From a virus (lineage: Duplodnaviria; Caudoviricetes), in the IMG/VR virus record IMGVR_UViG_3300036793_000172, positions 1 through 64,000 of that record: a DNA stretch of 64,000 nt; one strand, written 5' to 3'. Within the stretch, counting starts at the first letter, position 1. Every line of letters begins with the position of its first letter. Positions 63,640 through 64,000 of this stretch are shown piece after piece. Position numbers and translations under genes: made by a program. The notes under the pieces were generated by a model. It saw only the letters and a list, made by a program, of their open reading frames with translations, was not told where the DNA came from and searched no databases.

Positions 63640-63670
63640 CCTTCGGAGCGGACCTGCAACAGCCAACAGG
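63640..63670 (-). promoter_or_regulatory. Late-promoter-like motif copy (CCTGT-N21-GAAGG)
   Basis: Upstream of the 63600 gene. Confidence 0.55.
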
Positions 63671-63672
63671 AA

Positions 63673-63915
63673 CTAGCGAGAACCGGTCCTGTCGTGCAGA
63701 CGTAATGCCATTTCGTGAATGCGTTTCTCTGCGTCATTCTGAGAATGCGATTTATCGTCATTCCACAGAGGATTGGGCCAGTCGATGTACTCGTCGAGGT
63801 CGTCGGAGAACCCCGTGCAGAGACGATGCGGCCCGGCGGGCCGATCGCAGATGATCTCGGCCTCGCAGGGCTTCCCGTTGCCGCAGCGCTTCAGCGCATC
63901 CATGCCATCGATCAC
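63673..63915 (-). CDS. Cys-rich hypothetical protein, about 80 aa
   Basis: The GTG start at 63915 overlaps the stop of the upstream partial gene (GTGA). Confidence 0.55.
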   Translation of the reverse strand: MIDGMDALKRCGNGKPCEAEIICDRPAGPHRLCTGFSDDLDEYIDWPNPLWNDDKSHSQNDAEKRIHEMALRLHDRTGSR

Positions 63916-64000
63916 TTCCCCTTGTCGTTCCACCAACCTTTTGCCTGCTTCAGCTCCGCCATCTTCGCGCCGATCTTCGCGGCGAACTCCTCGTCGTCCT
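63912..64000 (-). CDS. 3' end of a CDS truncated by the window edge
   Basis: Open frame DDEEFAAKIGAKMAELKQAKGWWNDKGK ending in TGA at 63912-63914. Confidence 0.55.
   Translation of the reverse strand, partial: DDEEFAAKIGAKMAELKQAKGWWNDKGK

Larger units (their letters stand above)
1..64000. mobile_element. Segment of a large actinobacterial myovirus-type phage/prophage genome
   Basis: Ordered head, neck, contractile tail and baseplate genes plus lysis and replication genes. Tightly packed ORFs with ATGA/GTGA overlaps. No host housekeeping genes seen. Confidence 0.95.

Noticed and set aside
1-64000. tRNA, rRNA, integrase, terminase, reverse transcriptase/DGR, toxin-antitoxin genes
   Set aside because: No recognisable motifs or cloverleaf-sized intergenic candidates were seen by eye. 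These may lie outside the window, and tRNAscan/HMM searches would be decisive.

Overview
This window is a continuous segment of a large, high-GC tailed phage or prophage genome, most likely an actinobacterial contractile-tailed myovirus. The major capsid, portal, protease and tail genes resemble what I recall of Bxz1/cluster C mycobacteriophage-like viruses; this is recalled, not searched. From left to right it contains: (i) a minus-strand replication module (DinG-type helicase, DnaC/IstB-like loader, initiator with an N-terminal AlpA-like HTH); (ii) a plus-strand block with a small membrane protein, DUF1906 endolysin, holin, SNF2-type helicase and DinD/KilAC antirepressor; (iii) a roughly 55 kb minus-strand morphogenesis region with baseplate, tail-associated lysin, tape measure, a -1 frameshifted tail chaperone, tube, sheath, neck, a fibre cassette, major capsid, decoration, scaffold, prohead protease and portal. 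The most unusual part is 42-64 kb. Large, acidic, modular proteins sit between and around the portal and protease genes. They carry effector-like domains (ParB-like, GNAT, SWIM, Nudix, zincin-like, and an HhH-glycosylase-like insert inside the protease itself), and their domain boundaries repeatedly show a [K/R/H]-x-A motif. I infer a system of head-packaged polyproteins cut by the prohead protease into injectable effectors. Other observations include a seven-copy late-promoter-like motif, a probable ATC start codon, an internal endolysin start, and an antisense HNH gene with its own leaderless promoter. I saw no terminase, integrase, tRNA, rRNA or CRISPR array in this window. All domain calls come from reading motifs by eye and no database search was run.
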